Part shown: positions 48,875 to 59,535 of the stretch, one piece after another | Position numbering within the stretch: the first letter of the stretch is position 1 | Layout: every line of letters starts with the position of its first letter | NCBI GenBank assembly: GCA_054600435.1 | Contig: BAAIJX010000014.1 | Span: 186,001 to 250,000 of the forward strand | Direction: 5' to 3' | DNA: 64,000 nucleotides | Source: Neophaeotheca triangularis | Lineage: Eukaryota | Position numbers and translations under genes: made by a program | The notes under the pieces: model-generated | Databases searched by the model: none | Told to the model about the DNA's origin: nothing | What the model saw: the letters and a program-made list of their open reading frames with translations, nothing else

Positions 48875-50971
48875 TCACCCTAGCATGGTCTGCAGCCGCT
48901 TATCGTGAACTACATGCATCCAATGGGCGTAATCCTTCAGCTCATCCAAGCGCTCCCATACTTCGTTGATGACATCGAGCAGCTGCATGATTTGCTTCTG
49001 CGGGTATTTACGGGAGAGAGCAAGCATGCGCTCCTTCACAAAGTCCCTGGAATCGCTGATTTCCTTGCTCCTGGCGTCATCGGAATCTTGAGAAGTCTTT
49101 GGAAGTCGTAGTTGGCTCGCGCATGAGATGAGGGTTAGGAGCTGCATTCGACACGCTCCGGAGGTGACGGGAATGCACTTGATGATGTTCAGAGTGAATT
49201 CGGCAAGGGCGCAGGCGCATGATTCTACATAGTTTGAATTGGCTTGATGGTCCGCGTCTGCTGGCGGGTGGAAACGTTGATCGTAGCACTTTGGGAAGAG
49301 AGAGCCGGCCGCGAGTTTGTTTTCGAGTATCGTGGGAAAGCATGTGTATATTTCCAGGAGAGCAATATGCCGATTGGCGTCTGCAGACCGAATTAAATCG
49401 ACTTTTGGCGTGGCGCCGTGGCCGTAGTCAAGAATTGCATCCTCTTGTGGTATGACGATGGCGTACACGAACTCTTCTAACGACAGAGCCCAATGCACAT
49501 CAATCTCTGGAAGATCTGCCTCGGGCTGGCGGCGTGCTGGTTGTACGTCGGTACACCGCCGCCTTCGGAGCACTCTCCCGACCTCCCCTAAAGCAAAATG
49601 AAGCTCTGTACTGATGCCGGTCCAAGGGTGCGGTAGTTCTGGCTCGCGTTCACTCTCGCCTGGAACATGAGGGTTCGGGGAGCCATATCCTGGAAACGGG
49701 GCCATTGGCACAGGATCGATAAAGCTTGCGAGCATTTCCCAATGCATAAGAGAGTCCGTGAAGAACTTCTCCTCTCTAAGGTCGCTCGAGCCATGCGCAG
49801 TACCGCAGAGATAACTTTGCATCAGGCTTCGAGCGACGGAAAGATATTGAAGGCCCAGGTTTGAGGGTTGCTGCCATGCGGAGGAAAGACCAAGGAGGAG
49901 GAGACTGACCATGATGTTTTCCATGGGGAGCTTTCCCGCGCGGTTGAGTTGTAGGTCGAGTTGCAATGACCTCCACGCTTGCAAGTGCTTGAGTTGTCCA
50001 AGCGGACCCATGTAGAGATAATGGTTGGCGAGATGGGCAATGGCCATACTTTGTATAGCAATGTGAATTGTCTTTGACGATTTCATCTCTTCCACCATTG
50101 TCCGAAAGGGGTTGAGTGTAGAGTCAAAACACGAGAACAGAGGGCATACTGCAGTGAAATAGTGTTGCACCAAATGTTCTTCCGAGAAATGGGCGACCGA
50201 CGAAGGAGTTGACAGGCGGTAGAATGTGCCCAGAAGGCTTCTTGCACCCGGTCTCAGCCCCGAAGAAGGTGCCATTGCGCGCTCGGCAGAGGTTCGGGTG
50301 TCTCTAGGATTGGTCCCTTGCGGTCCCAGACGTTGAAGCGGTTGCCTCTGCGTCAGCGGGTCTGTCCATGGGAACAGTTGGGCCTGCGCCTGGTAGTCTA
50401 AACTTGGTGGCATGCTGATAGAGCCAAGGTTGAACATGGAGATATCGTTGGCCGTCATATCATTGGCAAATGGCATACCAAATTGCCAGAGGTCGTCAAA
50501 ATCCGTGCCTAGTGCAGCCTGGTCACGGTAGGGGAAGGTTACATCCACGGGTCCGGCTGGCTGCACAGGAGCATCTTCTACGACGGCCTGTGAATCACCG
50601 CCAATCGGTGACTCTGGCAGGGTCGAGTGGTCGACATGGGCAGAGATTTGCTGAGTCTGGTTGACCTGGCTGGTACCATGGATTGTCTGCAGAGCGTTTG
50701 TCTCTTCGGTTGGCGGAACGCAAGTGGTGGCGGCCGGCTCGGTGCAGGCGACGTTTGCTTCATCAGCGGCATGGTTCCTGAAATCTGCACTCGCTCCGTT
50801 TAATCTTTCGTGCTTTCGCGACCATTTGTACTGGAAATCGTAGCCGGGGCATTCAACCGAAGCTCGTTGGCAAGCTTGACAGGCAGGCCTTGCCTGATCG
50901 CACTTTATTTTCTTCGTCTTGCATCGAGCACAGCCCTCACGGGACTTGGAAGGTTTGGCCACCCGTTTCAT
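48875..50971 (-). CDS. Zn(II)2Cys6 transcription factor with Fungal_trans_2-type C-terminal domain
   Basis: SREGCARCKTKKIKCDQARPACQACQRASVECPGY; LVQHYF...FDSTLNPFR, HWEMLASF, PHPWTG, HWMHVV. Confidence 0.9.
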   Translation of the reverse strand: MKRVAKPSKSREGCARCKTKKIKCDQARPACQACQRASVECPGYDFQYKWSRKHERLNGASADFRNHAADEANVACTEPAATTCVPPTEETNALQTIHGTSQVNQTQQISAHVDHSTLPESPIGGDSQAVVEDAPVQPAGPVDVTFPYRDQAALGTDFDDLWQFGMPFANDMTANDISMFNLGSISMPPSLDYQAQAQLFPWTDPLTQRQPLQRLGPQGTNPRDTRTSAERAMAPSSGLRPGARSLLGTFYRLSTPSSVAHFSEEHLVQHYFTAVCPLFSCFDSTLNPFRTMVEEMKSSKTIHIAIQSMAIAHLANHYLYMGPLGQLKHLQAWRSLQLDLQLNRAGKLPMENIMVSLLLLGLSSAWQQPSNLGLQYLSVARSLMQSYLCGTAHGSSDLREEKFFTDSLMHWEMLASFIDPVPMAPFPGYGSPNPHVPGESEREPELPHPWTGISTELHFALGEVGRVLRRRRCTDVQPARRQPEADLPEIDVHWALSLEEFVYAIVIPQEDAILDYGHGATPKVDLIRSADANRHIALLEIYTCFPTILENKLAAGSLFPKCYDQRFHPPADADHQANSNYVESCACALAEFTLNIIKCIPVTSGACRMQLLTLISCASQLRLPKTSQDSDDARSKEISDSRDFVKERMLALSRKYPQKQIMQLLDVINEVWERLDELKDYAHWMHVVHDKRLQTMLG

Positions 50972-51459
50972 TTAGCTGTTGTGTCAGATATTGAAGACGA
51001 GGCATGATATTGGGGGAGGGTGTAGTACGAGTGAGAGGAGATGGCTCCATGATATGGACTGAGGTACTTAAGCTTAGTATGCCGTGTTCCGATGGCGAAG
51101 TAAGGTACCTACCTCCTAACAATGCTAACCTCGTGCGAAGCTGATGTGGAGTGGTCTTGCGAGAGGCCTCAGGCCGCCACTTTCAACTTCCTTCCACTTC
51201 CCCGCCTATATAAGGTAAGATAGGAGGTAAGGTATCTAGGTAGGTAAGTACTATACTTTCCTACTATATAGGTAGGAGGTACCTAGGGAGGATCACTAGT
51301 ACCTTATGTACTAAATGTACGGCTCTTCCATTCTGTTCATTATTGCTCCATAAGTACATAAGTAGGTGAGGTACAAGTGCTTACCGACCACCCCTAGCGA
51401 CCCGGCCACTACATAGTTTTACTTTCAACACACCGCAGACACCTCCCTCCCACGTCAAC

Positions 51460-52599
51460 TTGTCGCCATCGCCATCTTCGAGAGCCCATCAGCCACCTCC
51501 GATCCAACAAGACGGTGCACCAAACGCCTTCTCCATGCTCGCGGCATCAGGGGGGGCTTTCAAACGCCGCGAGTCGGATCGCCCTAGCATAGGCACAGTC
51601 AACAGCTACGCGCGAGACCTCCCCACGAGCAACGGCAACAATCCCCCTCCACCGCTGGGGAATGCCCCGAACAACCCAACAGCCATCTACAACCACATCA
51701 CAGAGCTCTCGGTCAAGCGCATAGCAACCATAACCTACCTCCAGCACCTGCACGCCCAACCCCAGCAACCCGGGCATTCCCAAACCTACCACTTTAACAC
51801 CCTAGCCTACACACCGCAGCAACTCTCGACCTTCCCCTCCCTCCAACCCGCCCGCCTAGGCCGCCGCGCAGCCTCTTATCTCCTCCTGGGCTACTCCCTC
51901 CCAGCCCTTCTCGACCTCAATTCCGCCAACCCCCTCGAATACCTGCGCGCCCTCACAGCCCTCCTCTCCGAATTCGAAACTTACCAAACCCTGACCGACA
52001 CCCACCATGCCGCCGCCGCCAGCGGCAGTAGCAGCCTCAGCCGCGCCAAAATGGGCGCAATGTTCAAAAACAGCATGGGACTGGGCAGCCGTGTAGGAAG
52101 CGGAGCGCGTGGGCGCAGAACAAGCGCCACCCCGGACAGCATAGCTTCTTTACAACAAGAGCCCCCCGAACCGCAAACCTCGAACCCCCCGCCCCCTCCC
52201 GCTGCCAGCCCCAAAGACCCTCACCCCATCAATCTCGAAAACCAGCACTTCACCCACCTCCTCACACCTCATCTACCCTTCGACCCCGATTTCACAACAA
52301 CTTTCAGCACCCTGTGTGACGCCCTGATAGAAACATACACAACCCTCATCCACCTCGTGAGCAACGGACACACCCACAACAACAACAGTACCACCACCAC
52401 CACGACCGCTGAAGAACCCAGCCACCAGCTCCCCGGCCCCTGCACTCCCGCCGTAGCCGAAGCTTTCAACAAAGCCGACAAACTCGTGCGCAAACTACTA
52501 ATCGCAGGCATCCTAAAAGAGTTTGAAGAACACACGCGCGCGGGCATCAAGAGCGAGGTCAGTGGTGTCGGGAAACTGGTGCTCGGGGGGCTGATGTAG
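51460..52599 (+). CDS. Conserved fungal hypothetical protein (5' end uncertain)
   Basis: 379-codon frame with structured blocks KRIATITYL, YLLLGYSLPALLD, EYLRALTALLSEFE, HLLTPHLPFDPDF, FNKADK. The first in-frame ATG is at 51535; there is a possible upstream exon (acceptor-like CCGCAG at 51433-51438). Confidence 0.75.
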   Translation: MSPSPSSRAHQPPPIQQDGAPNAFSMLAASGGAFKRRESDRPSIGTVNSYARDLPTSNGNNPPPPLGNAPNNPTAIYNHITELSVKRIATITYLQHLHAQPQQPGHSQTYHFNTLAYTPQQLSTFPSLQPARLGRRAASYLLLGYSLPALLDLNSANPLEYLRALTALLSEFETYQTLTDTHHAAAASGSSSLSRAKMGAMFKNSMGLGSRVGSGARGRRTSATPDSIASLQQEPPEPQTSNPPPPPAASPKDPHPINLENQHFTHLLTPHLPFDPDFTTTFSTLCDALIETYTTLIHLVSNGHTHNNNSTTTTTTAEEPSHQLPGPCTPAVAEAFNKADKLVRKLLIAGILKEFEEHTRAGIKSEVSGVGKLVLGGLM

Positions 52600-53993
52600 G
52601 ACGTCTATTCCCCGGACACGGAAGCTCTCGCGAACAGTACCAAAGGCAAGAGTACGGGGAGGCTGGATAAAGCAACGATGTCACGGATCCCCGTGCGTGT
52701 TGCTGCAATAGCCAGTGTCGACGGTGGGAGAGCTGCGCTAGAGCTTGAAGTTCGGCCGGTTTCGCGCAAGGCTGTCAGGGCGCTTGAGCGCGCTAAGAGT
52801 CGGGTTGAGATTAGGAAGTGAACAGAAGAGCAGGAGACGTGTTGGGGGGCGAGGGGTTGGCTGATGTGGGTTTCGGGATGCTTTCACGGGGTGTTCAGGG
52901 TTAGATTGGCGTGGGATATTTTGGCTTTTTGGGCTTGATGAGATACCCCTTCCCTTTTCATTATTTGACGCCGGATGCTATAGGGATCTGTGGCATGGTC
53001 TTGCGTGTGTACAAACATAGATGAGTATTTGGATACTTGGCATCGATAAGCAGCCTGGCATTGTTGCTACTCTAGCGAACAAAGTACCAAGCCCCTTTCT
53101 CTCATGCTCTCCCCTCATCTCCCTGCTCCAAGCCATGGAAGCGGCATGTGTATGTACCTACTAGGTAGCCAGCCAGCCAGCCAATGCGTCAGCCGCGCAA
53201 AAGCAACCGCGCAGCGCCTTAAGCGGTGAGCGACGCCCTCGTCACTGTCGACGCCTTGATTGAAAGTCCCGAGGTTTCCAGCCCAACCCGACAGAAGACC
53301 GCGCCGAAAGTCAAGCGCCCTTGTTCTCTCAGCTGCCACCACAACAGCACAAACTCGAAAGCACAAGACCCAAGCAATCAACTTGTTCTCTTTCGCAGCC
53401 CAATGTTTTCTCCTCACGAGCCCACCAGTGTTGGTATCCAAAGGCCTCCCTCCCGACGGTGTCGTTGCGCTTCGTCCCATCAATCGATATGAGGTACCGG
53501 CGCTCGGGATCCTCTGAAGCCGAGGGATTCGCCAGGGCATTCGCTCAGACCCCAACACTGCCCTCTGCGGCTTTTTTTTCCCTCAAGCTTCCCACCGTCC
53601 ATGCCGATGAGTGTCGTTGGCAAGTTCTCGTTGGCTCACAGGGATCGCCGGTCTCGCTCGGGGGGTGGGGGGGGGGATTGTAAGTGCCCTCGTCGTGCTC
53701 GTGTGCTGGAGGAGCGCTGCCCGCCGCGGTTTGCCATGCGCAGTCTGGGCTAGGGGAGAGCGGAGGGTATGGACGTGGTGTGGCCGCGGTGTCGAGCGCT
53801 TCCACTCGGCTGCCTCCCTCGAGAGGGTGTTTCCACGGACAGGCAGCCATGTCCTCGATAACCAGCCCAGCCCACGAATCTACCACCAGCAGCATCCCGC
53901 TCTCAGTTGGCCCCGACTCCGCAGCCGACTCACTTAGCATAGCTCCTCTCCCGTACCGCAAGCCAACGCAAAATGTATACAATCAGATCGGCT

Positions 53994-54578
53994 TCAAACC
54001 CACTGCTCAATAAATCTCCTCAGCCTTCCCAAATCTCTCGCAGCCCAATCCGCCCTCCCCAACCCACAAGACCACGAGCCCCACTCCCCACCTCCATCTT
54101 GCCCACCCACAGTAATCTCGCTCGCAGCCCTCTGCTGAAAACCCTCCAACCGCTGGCCATTCTTAAAAAAGAGCACCGTGGGAGTGCTCATGACCCCGAG
54201 GGCGCGCGCGATGCCGTTGAAGGCTTCGACGTCGAGGCGGTAGAAGCAGGCTTGGCGGTACTGGCTGTGGGCGATGGGGTTGATGGAGAGGTCGTGGAGC
54301 CCGATTGTTGCGGTGCTGGTGGTGGTGTCGGTGTGAGAGGTGTCTTGCAAGTAACATTCGAGGATCATGAGGGTGTCTTTTTGCGCGCAAGCGTCTTCGA
54401 AGTGGGCTTCGCTGTTAAGTGTGGTGATTAGTTTTTGGGCGGCGAGCGGGGGCAGGTTTGTGTTTTCTCTTGCAAAAAGGTTTTGTGTTGTGTTGAACTT
54501 GGTGTTTTGGATCTGGGTATGGTGTTTGACTTACGATAAGATGTCTTGGTACAGCGGAGATGGTGGTTTTTGACACAT
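53994..54578 (-). CDS. Thioredoxin-fold protein lacking the WCGPC active site, 2 exons
   Basis: Intron 54534-54412 (GTAAGT..CTAAT..CAG) gives MCQKPPSPLYQDILSEAHFEDACAQKDTLMILECY...FYRLDVEAFNGIARALGVMSTPTVLFFKNGQRL. Confidence 0.65.
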
Positions 54579-56201
54579 TTGATCTCGGGTAGAGCTTGGC
54601 TAAGGTTGGTTATCTGGTGTCGTCTCTGTAGAGTGGTATTGCAGGCGGACTCGAGGGGCTTTAGGAATAAAGAAGTCGAAGGTGACGGTGATAGTTTGAT
54701 GGAAGTGCGGAAGGAAAAGTAGGACAGGCGCAGACGTCAAGTTGACGAGAGCTTGATAATGACATTTACTTCTTACCGTGTATGCGTGTTTACTGGTAAG
54801 GATGGGCGTTAGGTTAAGTCATGGGGAGACGGCGAATGGACATGACGGTTCCCACGTTAGTCCATTGTATAAATCGCTGATCTTGCGCTCGACCCTGAGT
54901 TCACGGGGAGGCGGGTGTCGGAAAGCGTTGGAAAGCAGACGACGACGCATGCTCACCGCGGAGACGGGAGGAAGTCAACGTTTGAGCGTGGTGAGTGGTG
55001 ATGGGGCGCTTCGTCGTTCATTTTGCGTGAGTCGGGCAGTCATGCTGCAAAAGAAACAAGATATTGTTGTTTGTAGTGTTGTGCACATTCTTCTACAAAG
55101 TGATCAGTCAACAATTCCGAGAATGCGGTATTAACAGGCGTTTGACGCCGTAAGGTTCCGGTAAATATCAACATTCGTACATTCGGCAGCAGGCTATAAC
55201 CGCTGAGCCGCCGGGCCTGTTGAGAAGGACCTCGGGAGATCCAAGTACAGCACCCTTGGACCACGCCAAAATGACGATAGTAGTGTTCCAAGATTGCTGT
55301 CCACGTTGCAGTCGCAGAATGAGCATGACGGCCTTGTGACGACGACATGCACGGCATCTTGCGACGGAGGAGAGAAGCGTAATAGTAATAAGTAGTAGAC
55401 GTTTTCCACGGTCCACCGCTCTTTCGCGTAGCACTGGAAAAAGGCCAGAAGGACCTGTAGTTGGATTTATAATAAGCCGTTGTTGTGATCCATACTAGTA
55501 TGCTTCAGCGGCTTCGAGGTACGAGGTAGGTCATCGTCAGTGCCTCAATAGAAAGTTTACTGTATGGATGGTAGCTTGTTCTGCGTGCTCTGCATTGAGA
55601 AGGCTCAAAAGCGTGACAGTAGTAGAGTGTGCTTGCTGGCGCGGGGTCATGAGAGTCGTGGTCGTGCTCATGCTCGTCGGTCGCTCTAAAGATGTTTAGT
55701 CCTGCCATCGTCACGTGACGTTGGACGAAGCTACCTTAGGTAGGAAGCAAGTGAGGAGTTGCTTATTATTAGGTTGGTTGGTACCGTACTCGTACCTCTC
55801 AAAGTACTGTACGCCTGAAAGGCTGTGGGAGAAGTTCGGGCTCGGCCCAAGTCCCGACGTCGTTCGTTTTTGCCTCTTCCGGCTGTGCCATGTCACGTGT
55901 ACTGGTCTTCCGTTATCGGCGCTCGACACAAGCAACGGCCGTAGGTATCCGCGCGGCTTAAGTTAACTATGATACCGAAGGCTAGGTAATTTTCAAGGTA
56001 TTCGGCACGCATTGGCTGTACCTTGCATGACTGGACGAATCTTTGCAACCTCCAACGACTCACGACATTTTCTGTAATAGATTTGGTACGAATTGCCGTG
56101 ACGGGATAAGGCACATCTGGTATCTTGGAAGCCCTCACCAAGACTCGCTCGATATCAGTCATACCTTAACTCCAGAACCCTCATCAACGTTGGAGAGAAA
56201 C

Positions 56202-56227
56202 ATACATATATATACATATATATATAT
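56202..56227. repeat. Imperfect (TA)n microsatellite
   Basis: Read directly: atacatatatatacatatatatatat. Confidence 0.8.
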
Positions 56228-56336
56228 CTCCCTTGTGCCATTGACTTCGACCTCGACCTCGATACCTATCACCTAATCATACCAGCCTCGCTTGTCAAAG
56301 ACTTCAAACACTTTTGCAACCAACAGTCACGACAAG

Positions 56337-57716
56337 ATGCCTTCGCGATCCGGTCTCGACACTCCAGATACCTCTGGCACCTCTACCCCCACAGGCTCAA
56401 GCGCCACATCCCTTACCAAAGCCGGCATCAAACACGAGCAACCGTCCACCAATGGCTCTGGAAGCTCCCCCTTGGCTCCCCTGGACGCCTCCAAAATCAA
56501 CAAGACCTACACCACTTCCCCACGCCCCGTCCCTGAGCCCGATAGCGCTGAAACGCGCGCCCAAAAAACCTGTACTGACCATATGATCACCGCCCGCTGG
56601 ACGGCAGCCTCAGGCTGGGAAACCCCCGAACTGAAACCCTACGGTCCCCTGGCCATCATGCCCTCAGCCTCCGTCCTGCACTACGCAACCGAATGCTTCG
56701 AAGGGCTGAAACTCTATCGCGGCCAAGACAACCAGCTTCGCCTCTTCCGCGTCGCCAAAAACTGCGAGCGCATGCGCAAATCCACTGCGCGCATCGCCCT
56801 CCCCGATTTCGAACCCTCCGAGCTCGAGAAGATGATCACGACCCTCTGCGCCACCGACGGCCCCAAATGGCTGCCTCCCTCCCGCGCCGGCAGTTTCCTT
56901 TACATCCGTCCAACCATGATCGCCACAGACGAAGCACTAGGTGTGCAGCGTCCGCAGGAAGCCCTCCTCTACGTCATCATCGCCTGTTTCCCAGACATGA
57001 CGCGCTCGCTCGCGAACCCCGCGCCACCCGCCTTCACCGGCGGGGCTCCCGCTAGCAAAAAACCCGCCCTCGCACCCACCCCTTCGGGCCTCAAACTCAT
57101 CGCTTCCAGCGAGGATACGATCCGCGCCTGGCCAGGCGGTTTCGGCTACGCCAAACTCGGCGCCAACTACGGGCCCTCGCTCGTGGCCCAGGGCGAAGCG
57201 CGCGCGCGCGGCTACGACCAAGTCCTCTGGCTCTTCGGCAAGGAAAGCTACGTCACCGAAGCGGGCGCGTCGAACTTCTTCGTTGTGATCCGCTCGCGCG
57301 AGACGCAGAAGCTAGAACTGGTCACAGCGCCGCTTGGTGAGCGCATCATTCTTGAAGGCGTGACGCGAGCTTCGGTGCTGCAGCTCGCGCAGGAGCGGCT
57401 TACAGCCTCTTCCACTTTCCAGCGTGGTGATCTCGAGGCTCTGGAGGTTGTTGAGAAGCGCTTCACTATGGCTGATGTTATTGAGGCTCTTGAGGAAGGA
57501 CGGTTCGTGGAGGCCTTTGCTGCAGGCACGGCTTTCTTCATTGCCCCTGTTGCGAGAATACACTTCCAGGGGCGGGAGTTGGAGATTCCCATGGGACAGT
57601 CTGGGGAGTCGGGCGTTTATGCTGCGTTGTTCAAGCAGTGGTTGGTCGATATTATGTATGGCAATGCGGCGCATGAGTGGGGAGTCGTGGTGCCAGAGAC
57701 TGGGGTCAGGTCTTAA
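56337..57716 (+). CDS. BAT1: Branched-chain amino-acid aminotransferase (class IV PLP)
   Basis: TDHMI, SVLHYATECFEGLK, LRLFR, LYIRPT, RAWPGGFGYAKLGANYGP (PLP Lys), EAGASNFF, ILEGVTR, AGTA. Paralog identity is uncertain. Confidence 0.9.
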   Translation: MPSRSGLDTPDTSGTSTPTGSSATSLTKAGIKHEQPSTNGSGSSPLAPLDASKINKTYTTSPRPVPEPDSAETRAQKTCTDHMITARWTAASGWETPELKPYGPLAIMPSASVLHYATECFEGLKLYRGQDNQLRLFRVAKNCERMRKSTARIALPDFEPSELEKMITTLCATDGPKWLPPSRAGSFLYIRPTMIATDEALGVQRPQEALLYVIIACFPDMTRSLANPAPPAFTGGAPASKKPALAPTPSGLKLIASSEDTIRAWPGGFGYAKLGANYGPSLVAQGEARARGYDQVLWLFGKESYVTEAGASNFFVVIRSRETQKLELVTAPLGERIILEGVTRASVLQLAQERLTASSTFQRGDLEALEVVEKRFTMADVIEALEEGRFVEAFAAGTAFFIAPVARIHFQGRELEIPMGQSGESGVYAALFKQWLVDIMYGNAAHEWGVVVPETGVRS

Positions 57717-58304
57717 GAGTTGGTTGATCAAGGGACCTATATCGGTGATTAGGGAGTGGATTGGGGTCGGATGAATAGACTTCTTGGACCTGGGCTCGCT
57801 ATAGAGCATTTAGAAAAGATCACCATTACCATGCAATCATTTAAACCCGCTCAAGAGACACACAGGGTCCTCCAAAAGCCCCCCCTTCGTGATTGCAATG
57901 CGCGAGGCGGGCTGAACGTGCGATACGGGCTGATGTACCTCTTTCGAGGATGAAGTAACTGTATGGAACCGAGATTGTACATCGTTGCCGACCCAACCTC
58001 AAGAGAGGATCTTTAGGTTGTCTCCGCTAAGGGTCAAGAATTCGTAACGAGACAGCATTGGAACCCGCAAGTGGCAGCCCGAAGAACAACCATTCAAATT
58101 CAACCAGCACCCACGAGCTGCCAGGGGCATCCCTACTCAAGCCGAGGCAGCAGTATCAAGCTCAGCCAGTAGCACGCCATGGCCTCCATACCTCTACCAC
58201 AGTAGCCGCTTTCCCAAACCTCCCCCTGCGAGAAACCCTCGTGTACGCCACAAACGCCATCGCTAATCGTCAAACCGCCATTACCGGCTGCAGCGCGCCC
58301 TCCC

Positions 58305-58803
58305 CTAGCCACCCACAAGCAAGCTCACCTGTTACACATCAGCAACCGCCACTGGGTCCGAATCCGCATAGCTTTGCAAGAAAAGGGGAAGCTCAACTCA
58401 CCGCCATAGCAGCGCAACATAAGCTAACATACGGGCTCAAGCGCTCGCCAATCCGTGCCGCGCGCCAGAAAGTACCCAGAGGTCTGCGACACACCAACAA
58501 CATCAGCACACGATATCCTGGAGAGCTTGCTTTTTTTCTTGTCCAAGCATCCCTAGAGGTACCATCCCGCTCTTTGGAGCTCCGGTTCTTGGGGGTTACA
58601 GCGGTATTTGGGGGTTCTGCTTACCCCGATTTGTTACGGTCTAGCCAGGCGGGAAAGACGCCGTGGAGGTAGGTACAGGAGCAGATGAAGAGGAGGACGA
58701 CTAGCAGGAAGGTTTGGAATTTGAGGATGCCGAGCTGGGGGGTTGGGTTGGTTAGTTCTGCGGTTTGGCGGTATGTCTGGAGGGTGTTGGGGCTGTTTAC
58801 CAT
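58305..58803 (-). CDS. KSH1: Kish/TMEM167 Golgi secretion protein, 4 exons (not recovered by the ORF track)
   Basis: Exons 58803-58801, 58734-58625, 58483-58402 and 58328-58305 splice to MLGILKFQTFLLVVLLFICSCTYLHGVFPAWLDRNKSGPLGTFWRAARIGERLSPYVSLCCAAMAVSLLVGG, containing the Kish signature ARIGERLSPYV. Confidence 0.9.
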
Positions 58804-59535
58804 ATTGGGTGATGGAGCGTGTGTGTGAGATTGCTTTGGATGTAGTTTCTCTAAGCTGCAAGGTTTTTTCTCGAGGAGAGGGGTTGAGGACGACGTATGT
58901 TCAGGCAATATCCATATCACGTCGTTACAGCTGGCTTGAGGGGTGATGTTCCGAATGCCACTACTTTTGGCTGCGAGGCTTGAACGGCGACTTTTGGCAC
59001 CCACCTAATCGAGGTTTGGAGGCTGTTTACTTTGAAGCTTGCGCGAAACCTCGTCGCCTTCTGCTTCTTCCTCCCTTCTTCAGCTGCAACGACAACAACC
59101 TTCAGCACACTACCTATCTACCATTCACACACACTTCTTTCCACGTTCACTCAGCCTTCAACTTCCCTCATTCCGACGACACACGTTCTGCGGCCGCGAC
59201 TCATGGGTAGAGCCGCAATCTAACATTCCCGTGCCCGTACGTCCAAGACATTCAATACTTACCTCACATTACCCCTAGCTCCTCGACGCGCTCACGGCAG
59301 CCACACTAGGCGCTACAAACTCAGGAGAGACAGTGAAGTCTCGCCAACAGAGCGACTCTACAACCAGATCTGGCCTAAGGCATCTCCACACGACTACGCC
59401 GAATTCAACAAAACCAACTACCAGACCGACTACTCCACCGACAACTCCGCAGACCAGGCCACCGACGAAGACAGCCCTGCCTGCCCCGACTTTTCCTCCA
59501 ACGACACCAATAACAATACCGATACCACTCCCACA

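Noticed and set aside
38211..51291. 13-bp direct repeat GTACCTAGGGAGG (38211, 51279) flanking the cluster, as a target-site duplication of a mobile island
   Set aside because: A 12-bp copy also lies inside the cluster (45452), the word belongs to the common intergenic TACCT/AGGTA family, and no transposase or tyrosine recombinase is present.
58058..58672. 204-aa + strand ORF
   Set aside because: TTG start, no recognisable family, and antisense to the well-supported spliced KSH1.
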